Positions 1-11,236 of a stretch of 64,000 nucleotides of DNA are shown piece after piece (position 1 is the stretch's first letter; each line of letters begins with the position of its first letter). The translations under genes were made by a program, and so were the position numbers. This stretch comes from Enoplolaimus lenunculus (lineage: Eukaryota). The stretch spans positions 1-64,000 of the forward strand of contig JASANG010002092.1 of assembly GCA_030248215.1 (NCBI GenBank), in the 5' to 3' direction. The notes under the pieces are model-generated. The model saw only the letters and a program-made list of their open reading frames with translations. It did no database searches and had not been told where the DNA came from.

Positions 1-265
1 TAAGTTTAAAAAATTTTGGTGAAACTGAAAATTCTATACAAGTCTTAGAATGATATGTCCTCCTCGGCCTTCATTGTTTTAAACCAAAAGATACCAGGTT
101 CTAAAAATCTTAAGATATTTGTGACCATATTTAGCCCTTATTCATTGAAAATGCCACCGTTGAAAACTTGTCCGATCAATTTTTCAATTGCACCTAATGC
201 TAATTGGGAACTGTTCTTACCCGTAAAGTTAATGTTATTGTTGGAACCGCTGACAGAGTTGACAT
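1..265 (-). pseudogene. 5' fragment of the Penelope-like RT ORF in the inverted arm (ATG at 265, truncated by window edge, several small indels)
   Basis: Reverse complement of 3834-4104 with small deletions, e.g. GTCTTAGAATG vs GTCTTTAGAAATG. Confidence 0.85.
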
Positions 266-803
266 GTTACACAGTTAAATTTAACAGAATATAAAAGAAA
301 TGGAACAAAAATAAACTATATTATGCTCCAGGAGCCGATAGTCTGGTGTGCTTGTTCAAGTTTGTAACTTTTAGAGCTATAAGTTTTTAGCGGAATACGA
401 GGAAATACTAGCTAAGTTATGATCGAAATGAGTTTGAGTTTTAGGTTTTAGAGATATGAATTTTGAAGGTTAACTTTTGATGTGAATATTTCCAACAAGC
501 GTACAGATTTCGGTATCCGTGGTGCTATACGGAAATAAAACCAACAAAAGAACAGAACAAGAAAATTAAAATCAAATTCACAAGTTATGAACAAAATTGG
601 TGTTCACAAGTTATGAGCAAATAGATGTGTGGCACAGTATTTGACAAATGCCATGAGATATGAATATAAGAGAGAAAAAACCAACAAGGTTATAAAGCGA
701 GACAAAATAACCGATTTTCAGATTGCACCGTATTTGTATATTGCAGTCCAGGAGACCAGAAGCTGAAACAAATATTGTTGTGTTGTTGTTAATGTTGTTG
801 TAT

Positions 804-1985
804 CTATTTTGCTGTTGTTGTTGTTACTGTTGTTGTTGCTTCTTTATTGTTGTTGTTGTTGTCGTTTTTGTTGTTGTTGCTATTGTATCTGTTGCTGTTG
901 TTGTTGTTGTTGTTTTGTTTGTTGTTGTTGTTGTTGCTATTGTAGACAGTATTGCGCTTTGTATTCTGATAGGTTCGTTGCCGTCGATCGTAGTTTTGGT
1001 GATATAAGTAGCCTTCGTTATGATACCCGTAGTACGCTGGAAATGTGTAACTGGAGCCCCAGCCTGGACCTACGGGGGTTGGTGGTCTATGGACCCAGTT
1101 AGGTAAGCGATAGGGTGTGGAGTGAAAGCGGAATGGTGGAGGAAACGGAACCTCAGGAGAGGATCTAGGTGTGTACGGAAGGTGTGCGATAGTGGGTGGT
1201 TGGCCAAAATAGGCGGAGTAACCTAGAAATTCAGGCGAAGAGTTCGGACTAATGAGTGGTTGAACTGATTGCACGATGTTGCTGTTGCTGTTGGTGTTTT
1301 TAGATGCTACCGATCTAGTATGACTAGTAAGAATCTTGCCAGTGTCAACTTTAGTTTTGTTGGTGCCACCAGCAGATTCCTTAGCCAAATTTCCAGATTG
1401 TTTGCCAGATGTTAAATTACCTTGTGTGTTATTCACCTTGGGTGGTAATTCAACTGCAATCGGTACAATATTTGCCTGAGTTGCTGTTGCTATAGTTTTA
1501 ATATTATTGTCCTGGATTGGACTGTCGCTATTATTAGTATCCGCGAATGCTAGTTGACGTTTAAGAGTTGGGGTTGAAAACTCTAATGTCTGCACCCCCG
1601 CCTCGCAGACGTCAACTGCGACCTGGGTGCCGCGAGATTTGGCTATTTCCGTAATTGAGAAATTAGAGCTGTTGTTGATGCTGCTTAAAATAGAAGACGA
1701 ATGGTTAAAGTTGAAAGATGGTGGTGTAGACTGCGGGAGAGTAGAATTGACGCTATTATTGAGGCTACTGTCACTACTGAGAATAACTGTAGAGTTATCC
1801 GATAAGTTGTTGGTGCTGTTGCTATCAAGGCTATTTTGGCTGAACCGGTTGTTGTTGTTGTTATTGTTGCCGCTGATATTGTGTTTTTTGTTGTTGTTGT
1901 TGCTATTATCATTTGTAATGCTGTTGTTGTTGTTAATGTTGTTATTGCTGCTGTTGCCAGTGTCGCCTGTTGGAGTTGTAGTCAT
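804..1985 (-). CDS. 393-aa Asn/Ser/Thr/Pro-rich, probably disordered ORF of unknown function (intact copy, left arm)
   Basis: Uninterrupted ORF with poly-N ends and a non-repetitive core (…PPPFRFHSTPYRLPNWVHRPPTPVGPGWGSSYTFPAYYGYH…). No recognisable domain. Confidence 0.5.
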   Translation of the reverse strand: MTTTPTGDTGNSSNNNINNNNSITNDNSNNNNKKHNISGNNNNNNNRFSQNSLDSNSTNNLSDNSTVILSSDSSLNNSVNSTLPQSTPPSFNFNHSSSILSSINNSSNFSITEIAKSRGTQVAVDVCEAGVQTLEFSTPTLKRQLAFADTNNSDSPIQDNNIKTIATATQANIVPIAVELPPKVNNTQGNLTSGKQSGNLAKESAGGTNKTKVDTGKILTSHTRSVASKNTNSNSNIVQSVQPLISPNSSPEFLGYSAYFGQPPTIAHLPYTPRSSPEVPFPPPFRFHSTPYRLPNWVHRPPTPVGPGWGSSYTFPAYYGYHNEGYLYHQNYDRRQRTYQNTKRNTVYNSNNNNNKQNNNNNNSNRYNSNNNKNDNNNNNKEATTTVTTTTAK

Positions 1986-2083
1986 TAGACTTTGATGCTC
2001 ATGAATGGTTTCCAGGTTGTAGTTGCACGGAATTAGCGAGTTGCAACTACAACCTGGAAACCATTCATGAGCATCAAAGTCTA

Positions 2084-3294
2084 ATGACTACAACTCCAAC
2101 AGGCGACACTGGCAACAACAGCAATAACAACATTAACAACAACAACAGCATTACTAATGATAATAGCAACAACAACAACAAAAAAACAATATCAGCGGCA
2201 ACAGCAACAACAACACGAATATCAACAACAACAATAACAACAACAACAACCGGTTCAGCCAAAATAGCCTTGATAGCAACTGCACCAACAACTTATCGGA
2301 TAACTCTACAGTTATTCTCAGTAGTGACAGTAGCCTCAATAATAGCGTCAATTCTACTCTCCCGCAGTCTACACCACCATCTTTCAACTTTAACCATTCG
2401 TCTTCTATTTTAAGCAGCATCAACAACAGCTCTAAATTCTCAATTACGGAAATAGCCAAATCTCGCGGCACCCAGGTCGCAGTTGACGTCTGCGAGGCGG
2501 GGGTGCAGACATTAGAGTTTTCAACCCCAACTCTTAAACGTCAACTAGCATTCGCGGATACTAATAATAGCGACAGTCCAATCCAGGACAATAATATTAA
2601 AAATATAGCAACAGCAACTCAGGCAAATATTGTACCGATTGCAGTTGAATTACCACCCAAGGTGAATAACACACAAGGTAATTTAACATCTGGCAAACAA
2701 TCTGGAAATTTGGCTAAGGAATCTGCTGGTGGCACCAACAAAACTAAAGTTGACACTGGCAAGATTCTTACTAGTCATACTAGATCGGTAGCATCTAAAA
2801 ACACCAACAGCAACAGCAACATCGTGCAATCAGTTCAACCACTCATTAGTCCGAACTCTTCGCCTGAATTTCTAGGTTACTCCGCCTATTTTGGCCAACC
2901 ACCCACTATCGCACACCTTCCGTACACACCTAGATCCTCTCCTGAGGTTCCGTTTCCTCCACCATTCCGCTTTCACTCCACACCCTATCGCTTACCTAAC
3001 TGGGTCCATAGACCACCAACCCCTGTAGGTCCAGGCTGGGGCTCCAGTTACACATTTCCAGCGTACTACGGGTATCATAACGAAGGCTACTTATATCACC
3101 AAAACTACGATCGACGGCAACGAACCTATCAGAATACAAAGCGCAATACTGTCTACAATAGCAACAACAACAACAACAAACAAAACAACAACAACAACAA
3201 CAGCAACAGATACAATAGCAACAACAACAAAAACGACAACAACAACAACAATAAAGCAGCAACAACAACAGTAACAACAACAACAACAAAATAG
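2084..3294 (+). pseudogene. Right-arm copy of the same Asn-rich ORF with a 1-bp frameshift near 2186 and a 30-bp in-frame insertion
   Basis: AAAAAAACAAT here vs AAAAAACACAAT in the left arm, plus extra AGCAACAACAACACGAATATCAACAACAAC. ORF-track pieces 2084-2413 and 2503-3294. Confidence 0.6.
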
Positions 3295-3833
3295 ATACAA
3301 CAACATTAACAACAACACAACAATATTTGTTTTTAGCTTCTGGTCTCCTGGACTGCAATATACAAATACGGTGCAATCTGAAAATCGGTTATTTTGTCTC
3401 GCTTTATAACCTTGTTGGTTTTTTCTCTCTTATATTCATATCTCATGGCATTTGTCAAATACTGTGCCACACATATATTTGCTCATAACTTGTGAACACC
3501 AATTTTGTTCATAACTTGTGAATTTGATTTTAATTTTCTTGTTCTGTTCTTTTGTTGGTTTTATTTCCGTATAGCACCACGGATACCGAAATCTGTACGC
3601 TTGTTGGAAATATTCACATCAAAAGTTAACCTTCAAAATTCATATCTCTAAAACCTAAAACTCAAACTCATTTCGATCATAACTTAGCTAGTATTTCCTC
3701 GTATTCCGCTAAAAACTTATAGCTCTAAAAGTTACAAACTTGAACAAGCACACCAGACTATCGGCTCCTGGAGCATAATATAGTTTATTTTTGTTCCATT
3801 TCTTTTATATTCTGTTAAATTTAACTGTGTAAC

Positions 3834-6631
3834 ATGTCAACTCTTGTCAGCGGTTCCAACAATAACATTAACTTTACGGGTAAGAACAGTTCCCAATTAG
3901 CATTAGGTGCAATTGAAAAATTGATCGGACAAGTTTTCAACGGTGGCATTTTCAATGTAATAAGGGCTAAATATGGTCACAAATATCTTAAGATTTTTAG
4001 AACCTGGTTAGATCTTTCGGTTAAAACAATGAAGGCCGAGGAGGACATATCATTTCTAAAGACTTGTATAGAATTTTCAGTTTCACCAAAATTTTTTAAA
4101 CTTAAAAACCCCACCATCCGCCGGAATATCGGAAATTTCAATCACCTAAGATTAAAAATACTTAATGGTGAAATTAACCACAAAACTAGTAAAATTAAAT
4201 TCCTTGCAACTCAAATTCAGACCCAAAGAAACAACCTTGAGAATCGAGTACAATTTTTGGAAAAATTTGTCATTTCGTCATATATACGCTGGTTCACTGA
4301 ATTTAAGCGCAGTAAAGTTACAGTAACACACAATAAGAAGTTGCTGCAGCTCACGGCACTCAACAACAAAAGGTATGCTATTCTTGATACTAGTGGTACT
4401 GTTTTAAATCTATCTAATAAGCGGTTAAATGATCTACAGCTTAAGGCTTTATCGCTGGGACCTAAATTTGTTGTTTCGTCAAATAAAGCGTTGTTTGAAA
4501 AAATCATTGTTCAGTGCGAGCTATTCGCCAATAACATTATCAAATCTTGTAACATTCCAGCTCTCCCGTATCAATTCAGTAGTAGTTTTCGCAATAAAAT
4601 TACTAGCACGATCGAGTTAGCTAAAAGGTATAAAAACCAACCTAATATGCCCCCCATCTGGTTAGATAACCTAAAAGAGTTAGCCTGCGATAGATCCATT
4701 GTTATTACTAAGCCCGATAAGGGCACTGGAATTGTTATTTTAAACAAGTCAGATTACGTTAAAAAAGTCATGGATGTTTTATTAGATGCTTCTGTGTTTG
4801 TCAAAATCGATGACAATCTTGATAACGTGTACAATCATACTATACATTTTGAAGATAAAGTTCGCTCTATCGTTAACCAGCTAGTTAAAACTAACTGTAT
4901 TAACCAATTTTCAGCAGAGCAGTTAAATCCAGCAGGATCACGATTGCCCCTCCTTTACGGTCTGCCAAAAACGCATAAACCTAACATCCCAGCCAGACCC
5001 ATAATGTCGGCCGTGAACTCAGCCTGTCACGAGCTTGCAAAATGGTTGGACACCACCCTGAAGCCTATCAGCCTCAACGAATTTACCACAAAGTCGTCCT
5101 TTGAATTTGTCAATGAACTCAAAAACCTCAATTTGAAAAATAAAATAATGGTATCATTTGATGTAAGTTCATTATTCACTAACATACCGTTAGACGAAAC
5201 TGTCCAAATTATCTCTGATGCATATGTCCAGGATAAAATTAGCACTACTGCCCCGCGTGATTTATTTTTAAAAGCTATCAAAGCCTGCACCTCCAATTTG
5301 CTGTTCGTTTTTAATAACAAAGTATTCAAGCAAATCGATGGTGTAGCCATGGGCTCCCCCCTCGGACCCGTCATGGCTAACATTTTTATGGTCGACTTTG
5401 AATCCAAAGTCATGAACAAATTACCCCCCACCAAAAAACCAGTGTTTTATGACGCTATGTCGACGACACCTTTGTCGTGTTTGACGACCTAACCCAAGCC
5501 GAGTCTTTTCTTGAAACTTTAAATTCACAGCACCCAAAAATCCGCTTTACCATTGAAAAGGAGAATAATTGTAGGTTATCGTTCCTCGATTTGAATATAG
5601 TTCGTGACCCAATGACAGGCTCAGTCCACACCGGCATTTACCGAAAACCCACTTATACAAACCAGATCATGAATTTCAATACAGATTTACCTAATAACTA
5701 CAAAAATAATTTGATTCAGTGTCTATTGCATACGTGTTTTTCCTTGACTACCGATAATAAACTCTTTGCTAAAGAATTAAGGTTCTTGGCCGATTTGCTG
5801 AAAACAAACAATTTTCCTGAAAAATTTATAAATAGGTCATTTGCCAACTTTTTTAACAAAAAGTGCAACACTAATTTCACTCCGCAATGTATTTATCGTT
5901 TTATTAATAATAATACAACGTCACAATTTGATTTTCAATTTTACCGGCAATTTAATTCAAATTTAGATCCTGCAACACATTCAAATAATACGAATTCTAA
6001 TTTGGTAACCACAAATAGCCATGCCACGACGCAAAGCACAAACCAGGAACAAAGCGCAGCAACAACAACTAGAAACAACAACAGTAGCCAGGTACAGCCG
6101 CAAAAATTTATTATTCTAAAATTGCCTTTTTTCAGCTCCCATTCACATAGACTAAAAGCCGACATTAAGAAATTGTGTAAGCAATATTTTGACAAGTATA
6201 ATGTTCAAATTAGAGTCATTTTTGAAACCAAGAAAAGAATCTCTCAATTTTTCAATTTTAAGGACATCACCCCGCCGCTTTTACGCTCCAATATTGTTTA
6301 TCAATTCACCTGTCCCGATTGTCTATCGGGCTACGTTGGCTCTTCTAATCGCCAACTTTTTAAGCGTATCTGCGAACATAGGCAAATTTCAGACCGGACC
6401 CTCGCACCCACCACCTCCACATCTAATTTGTCGTCAGCAATATCGCAACATTGTAAAAATCACAATCACCAATGTAGCCCTGATAACTTTTCTATCATCG
6501 GTTCTTGGCCCAAATCGAACCAGCAATCATCAAACTCAGGATTACACATTCTTGAATCAGTCTTTATAAGAAAGCTTGAACCTAAATTGAATATACAATC
6601 CAATGTGTTTAAATTTAAAATATTTACATGA
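3834..6631 (+). CDS. Penelope-type reverse transcriptase + GIY-YIG endonuclease, split by a single -1 frameshift at about 5450
   Basis: Motifs NLS..L....L.LGPKF, KPDKGTGIVILNKSDY, LYGLPKTHK, RPI, SFDVSSLFTNIP, QIDGVAMGSPLGPVMANIFM, RYVDD (5453-5467, second frame), LSFLDL, IYRKPT, and NIVYQFTCPDC..YVG...R.L..RI.EH ... SAI.QH ... ILES.FI....PKLN. Confidence 0.93.
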
Positions 6632-6686
6632 TAGGACTTTGCAACTCGAAAATCTGGCAATAATGTGTACTATGAATATATTCGCA

Positions 6687-6687
<1 letters not shown>

Positions 6688-6753
<66 letters not shown>
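6688..6753. repeat. (TA)n microsatellite at the PLE 3' end
   Basis: About 33 TA units starting 57 nt after the RT-EN stop codon. Confidence 0.97.
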
Positions 6754-6760
<7 letters not shown>

Positions 6761-7109
6761 TTATTTCAGCAACCCAATTCTCAACAAAACACGTACACGA
6801 GGAAATTGTTAGAAAATAAAGTTGACTGTTTTCGAAAGAAGTAGCTTGCATCATGAACTTGTGTAATAACAGTCAGTTAAGAACTGCCAAAGTCAAGATG
6901 AGCACACAGTAACAGGCTAATTTGTATTCTTGTGCAGACCTAATTGTAACGAGACATACAGGTGTAATAATTAGACTAGACGCAAAGTTCGTGCATTTTT
7001 GATATGCGCTCTTTTAGTTTTTAAAACACAATTTTTGAGAAGTTTTTAATCAACGGCCTATCCTTGTACAGAAACTAGTATAAACTATTCCTATGGACGG
7101 CTTGACTTA

Positions 7110-7510
7110 CTGTAGTGACCCGAATAAGAGGGTGTGGGGTAATAAGAGGGGGTCCCCATTTTGAGTCCCAATCAATAGGAGTTCGTATCCCTAATAAGAG
7201 TCCGTAAGCGGATAGAGTCCATAGTGCATAAATGACTCCTGGACCAAATAAAATTGAGTTCGAATCTTTAAAGCGTACTTAAAATTTGAAAGTACATTCC
7301 TAAGTATAACCTTGCAGGATCGCTCAGGCTATTGACGCAAGACAAATGTTTAATTCAACGGATAGTTGTAGTACCGGATATATATCAGTAACGAAGGGTG
7401 GCGGAGGGTGGGTTAAGAATAAATAACAGTCCGTGACCGAATAACAAGGGGGGTACCCTCTGGAGAGGCCAAATAAATATCAGTCCCCCCTCTTATTCGG
7501 GTCACTACAG
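7110..7510. mobile_element. MITE with TA target duplication (Tc1/mariner/pogo-type non-autonomous element)
   Basis: TA|CTGTAGTGACCCGAATAAGAGG ... CCTCTTATTCGGGTCACTACAG|TA. Related copies at 12292-12574 and 48977-51425. Confidence 0.88.
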
Positions 7511-7854
7511 TAATCTCATATGAGGGCCTGACGTCTATGCCGCGTAAACACAATCGAAGCTTTCAGGTTATGCAAATATTTTTATTATCAAATGTGTGCG
7601 TCACCTATTTCCGGTCTGTGATAAAAATTTTAACTTTTGCGGCCGAATCTTAAGTTTCGAAAGTTTTTGATTTTGATTTGCCTTGCCTCTATGCAAATTT
7701 AGAAAGTCGCCACAATGCGGAGAGTAGCTTATTTCAAAGCGTATTACCAACTAGTGATGCGTCGAAATGCTAAGAATTCCTTTGGTCTATATAGCTTAAC
7801 ATAGATTCAAACTCAACGATTTTTAGGCCAATGTATAGTACAGAACCGAAACAG

Positions 7855-7978
7855 TAGTATAAGAATATTCCTAAGCTTAAGCGTAAGAATGAGTTTATAG
7901 CTAAGCCTAAGCAAAAATTAGTCTCAAGCTTAAAGTTACTCTATTTGAATCCCATAGAAAAACGTTCAGCCCCTGATC
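7855..7978. repeat. Dispersed repeat with degenerate TAAGCC (TTAGGC-type) hexamers; other copies about 9683-9790, 12925-13055, 20290-20422, 40677-40752
   Basis: Shared string TATTCCTAAGC(C/T)TAAGCGTAAGAATGAG…CTAAGCCTAA…TCTAAG(G/C)TTA..(G/C)TTACTCTAT, followed in some copies by CGGAAAA. Confidence 0.65.
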
Positions 7979-8791
7979 ATTTACATAGTCCGATTTTTCG
8001 AACGCAAAACATGCAATGTGCAAATGTTAACTTGTCTGATATTCTTGCAGTGTGTGTGAAACATGTGTTTCAAGTGCACAGGTACTTGCAGTGAAAACAA
8101 GTTGAGAAACATTGAAATTGCGGTTAATATAAAAAGGTACGAGACAAATTTAATCTTAAGTGTGAAATGCGGCAAGTACTAGAAAGTGTTAATGATACAC
8201 ACTGTAATTGGGATAGTTTAAAATGGTAAAATATTAAAACTTTTGAGTCAAAAATTCAAAGACGAGATCAAGTATATTTGGGGATTGAGTTTTGCTTGTT
8301 AGTAGTTGAATATTCAGTTGGCAAAACAGGCCCGTAGCCAGCTCAACTTGCTAGGACGGGATAAAAATTTTCAGGATTGTCATACAAGGGTTTTCGTTGA
8401 CTTATAAGGAAGGTCGAAAATTTTTTTGCAAATTAATAATTGTTTAATGTCAAACCTAAGCACAAAAATTACATTGAGATTTTATTCTACAACAGCTTTA
8501 AAATAGTAAACGTGGCAGAGCTTATATTAGGTTTAAGTTACCTTTAGATTTAGGTATAGATGCTAAAAGTACGCAAACTTCCTTAAAACCTAGTCGTGGC
8601 GTACTTATGAAGTTTAATTGGGTGGCGGTTGGCACCGCGAAATACCTAGTATTTTAATCCTTAAAATTTCATTGGTTTATCATTACGAAGGTCATTACCT
8701 AAAAGTACTTAGATGCTTAACCTGTCACACTAGAATACGTAATTGCTACACCTTGATGTGCTTAAACTTTTTTCAATTATGATTTTCAGCT

Positions 8792-8857
8792 TGTCAGTCT
8801 AGGTAGGAACCCGGATTTCAGTCGTTTTAAGCAAGCAGCTAAAACAGCAGGCTTACC
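8792..8857 (-). mobile_element. Fragment of a family-B TRIM LTR (3' end)
   Basis: TGTCAGTCTAGGTAGGAACCCGG…CAAGCAGCT matches the LTR terminus at 50381 and 50743. Confidence 0.75.
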
Positions 8858-11236
8858 TACAGGTAATTTCGCGACCACAAAAAAGTATTTCGGAAATTAT
8901 TCAGAAAAGTATTTTCTGCGTCAAATCTGAAAAGTTTTTCTGATATTTAAGACAATTTTTCTAAATATAACTGGAAAACGTTTATTTTCAAACTTGATTT
9001 CAAAACTTTTTTGAAACTTTTCTGTTATAACAGAAATACTTTTCAAGTGCACCTTGCTAATTATATTTCTTAATTGTAACAAATTTTTTCTTAAATATCA
9101 GAAATATTATTTTGAGTGTGGCGCTGTACTTTTTGCGCGGCGCCATCTAGTGACGTCCGGCGTCGTACGGGTGACGGACGGCGCTAAACGGCATTAAAAT
9201 AAGTTAAAACGTACAGCGGCGCAACCCTAAGTACTTCCAACTTAAATGACGTCGTTACGATAAATTCAGCCCTTATCATATCAATGCAATCATAGCCATT
9301 TTCAGTAAATTTAAAATAATCTCAAACAGTTTGTTAGAAATTTAATTCTAAAGAAACTTTTACTTAAAATTGATTGAGTGCATGCAGTAACATACTTGTC
9401 AACATTTAATATTTCGACAAGTGTCTTCGCACAACTAGAGCCAAGTTGACTTCGTTCGCCATTAAACGTACCGTTTGTCAAAACAGGGCAGCCAAGGTCA
9501 TCTTGTTATAAGATGTACTTAAACTTGAAACAACGCCAATATTAAAGGGTAGTAAGAGTATAAATTCTAGCTGTAGATGTTACACGAATTTATAAAGTAC
9601 ATTGGTGTAAAGCAGCGAATAAACAGCTTTTCGTGTTAGGGTTGTGTTTTAGGCCTATATATAAAACAGAGCCGTTGCAGTAAGTATAAGCATATTCCTA
9701 AGCCTAAAGCCTAAGCGTAAGAATTAAGGTTATATATAAGCCTTAGCCTAAACGTAAACCTAACCAAAAATATATCTAAGGTTAAGATTTTTATATGGGC
9801 CTGACTTATATACATGTTTTGAGTTGCTAAATACTTATAGGCTTTGTATCACTTGCAATAAAATGGGCAATAAAGCATTTTCCGCCTTTAACACGGACAA
9901 CATTTCGTGGTAAAAACCGAATCTAATAAACAACACACAACTGCGGCTGTCAAACCTGCAAAAGAGCAATCTGATATTAAGCTGGAGCAACAAAAAGATA
10001 GTTTCGGCAAACAAATAACCAAAGTATTGCAAAACCAGACAAAGAACACTAAAATTTGACGAAATGTAAGTAAAGGTTTCAATTAAACGATGGTATTTTA
10101 ATGTAGCGATCTATACGCAGGATGTCCTCATGAGTTGTACTCGTACACTGAAAAAACGGATCTTGTTCTTCTCGAAGAGGTTCTTTATCAGATCGCCGTA
10201 ACACTCAACCCTAGCTGAATTTGTACCTGCATAATTTCTCAATGTTGCTCCTCCGGTTGTCACTGCAACTTTAGCTGCTGCTGCTGCTGTAAGCTCAGGA
10301 TATTTAGAACTGTTCAAGGTTGCACCGATCGAGGTTGCTTTACTTCATTGACCACTTTTCTACGGAATATGATTGAAATCAGGCGATATTTATTAGACGA
10401 AACAACATTTATAATTTTTTAGTAGCAAACTGCAATCTTCCATGTAAAGATTCGGAAACTGAATTTATTTTTGTCAGCTATATAATTGAAACGATAACAT
10501 TCTTGCTGACGAATTTTTTTAAAAAAACAACAATTACAAAACGCATTCAATTTTTGATTTTAAAAATGTTTTTCGAAATTCAGAAATTTTATAATTTATC
10601 CAAGCCTGGCAGTTTTGTAAATTATTATATGCCTAAAAATGATTTTCGTACTAAGCAAAATTGATGGTAAATTCTTCAACCAACACATTTTTCTTAGGAC
10701 TTGTAGCTGCTTCATGACCGTAGCCATTTAAACGTGCTCTGGTGAGGGCTAAAAGTGTCTCAGGATGGGCATGGAATGGATTGGTGACAAAAATTTCCCT
10801 CCCGCTGGGTCGTCTTCAGCTACGAGCGGCGCTGCATTTAATAGGTTACGTTTAACAAGTTTAACCTTTAGGTTCCAGCTATGTAGTTAATAATTTTAGA
10901 AACGGTATTTTTCATTTGTTTTTATGTCGCTCACACGTTACCATACGTGCACTCGGCACATCCATCGTCCCCCTATACTGTTTTAAAAAGGCTAGCTATA
11001 CTGTTATTGCGTAACTGTGTGCGGAAATTTTATCTCTAAATAAAAAATGTCCGCATAGAGTTTGTTGCGTTGTCGGACATTTTGTATACTGCTTGCGCAT
11101 TATGTTAATATTAAATATAGAGTTGCGTGAATTGTCAGACTTTGTCGTTACAGTCTAAAAGGTGTCGCCGGAAAGCGCTCAATAAGGTAATTGATTTACT
11201 GCGTAATTTTGTTGCTTTTTGCAAGATCGCCAATAT

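Larger units (their letters stand above)
1..4104. repeat. Large inverted repeat (palindrome): left arm 1-2027, 14-bp spacer 2028-2041, right arm 2042-4104
   Basis: 1-24 TAAGTTTAAAAAATTTTGGTGAAA is the reverse complement of 4081-4104. The apex reads ...GGTTGTAGTTGCA|CGGAATTAGCGAGT|TGCAACTACAACC... Mirror-image ORFs appear in the ORF track. The left arm is cut by the window edge. Confidence 0.97.
2042..6687 (+). mobile_element. Penelope-like retroelement (PLE), Naiad-like; 5' boundary uncertain
   Basis: RT + C-terminal GIY-YIG ORF, very short 3' UTR running directly into (TA)n, no 3'-derived pseudo-LTR and no hammerhead core seen. The 5' end is placed at the palindrome apex by inference only. 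Confidence 0.7.

Noticed and set aside
723..3376. Poly-Leu/Val/Cys ORFs on the opposite strands
   Set aside because: These are antisense or alternative-frame readings of (CAA)n tracts.
5450..5452. Selenocysteine UGA in a Naiad-like element
   Set aside because: The TGA arises only from the frameshift, and the conserved cysteines are ordinary TGT codons.
10111..10370. Short minus-strand ORF (…AAAAAKVAVTT…) as a gene or exon
   Set aside because: No recognisable domain or consistent splice partners.
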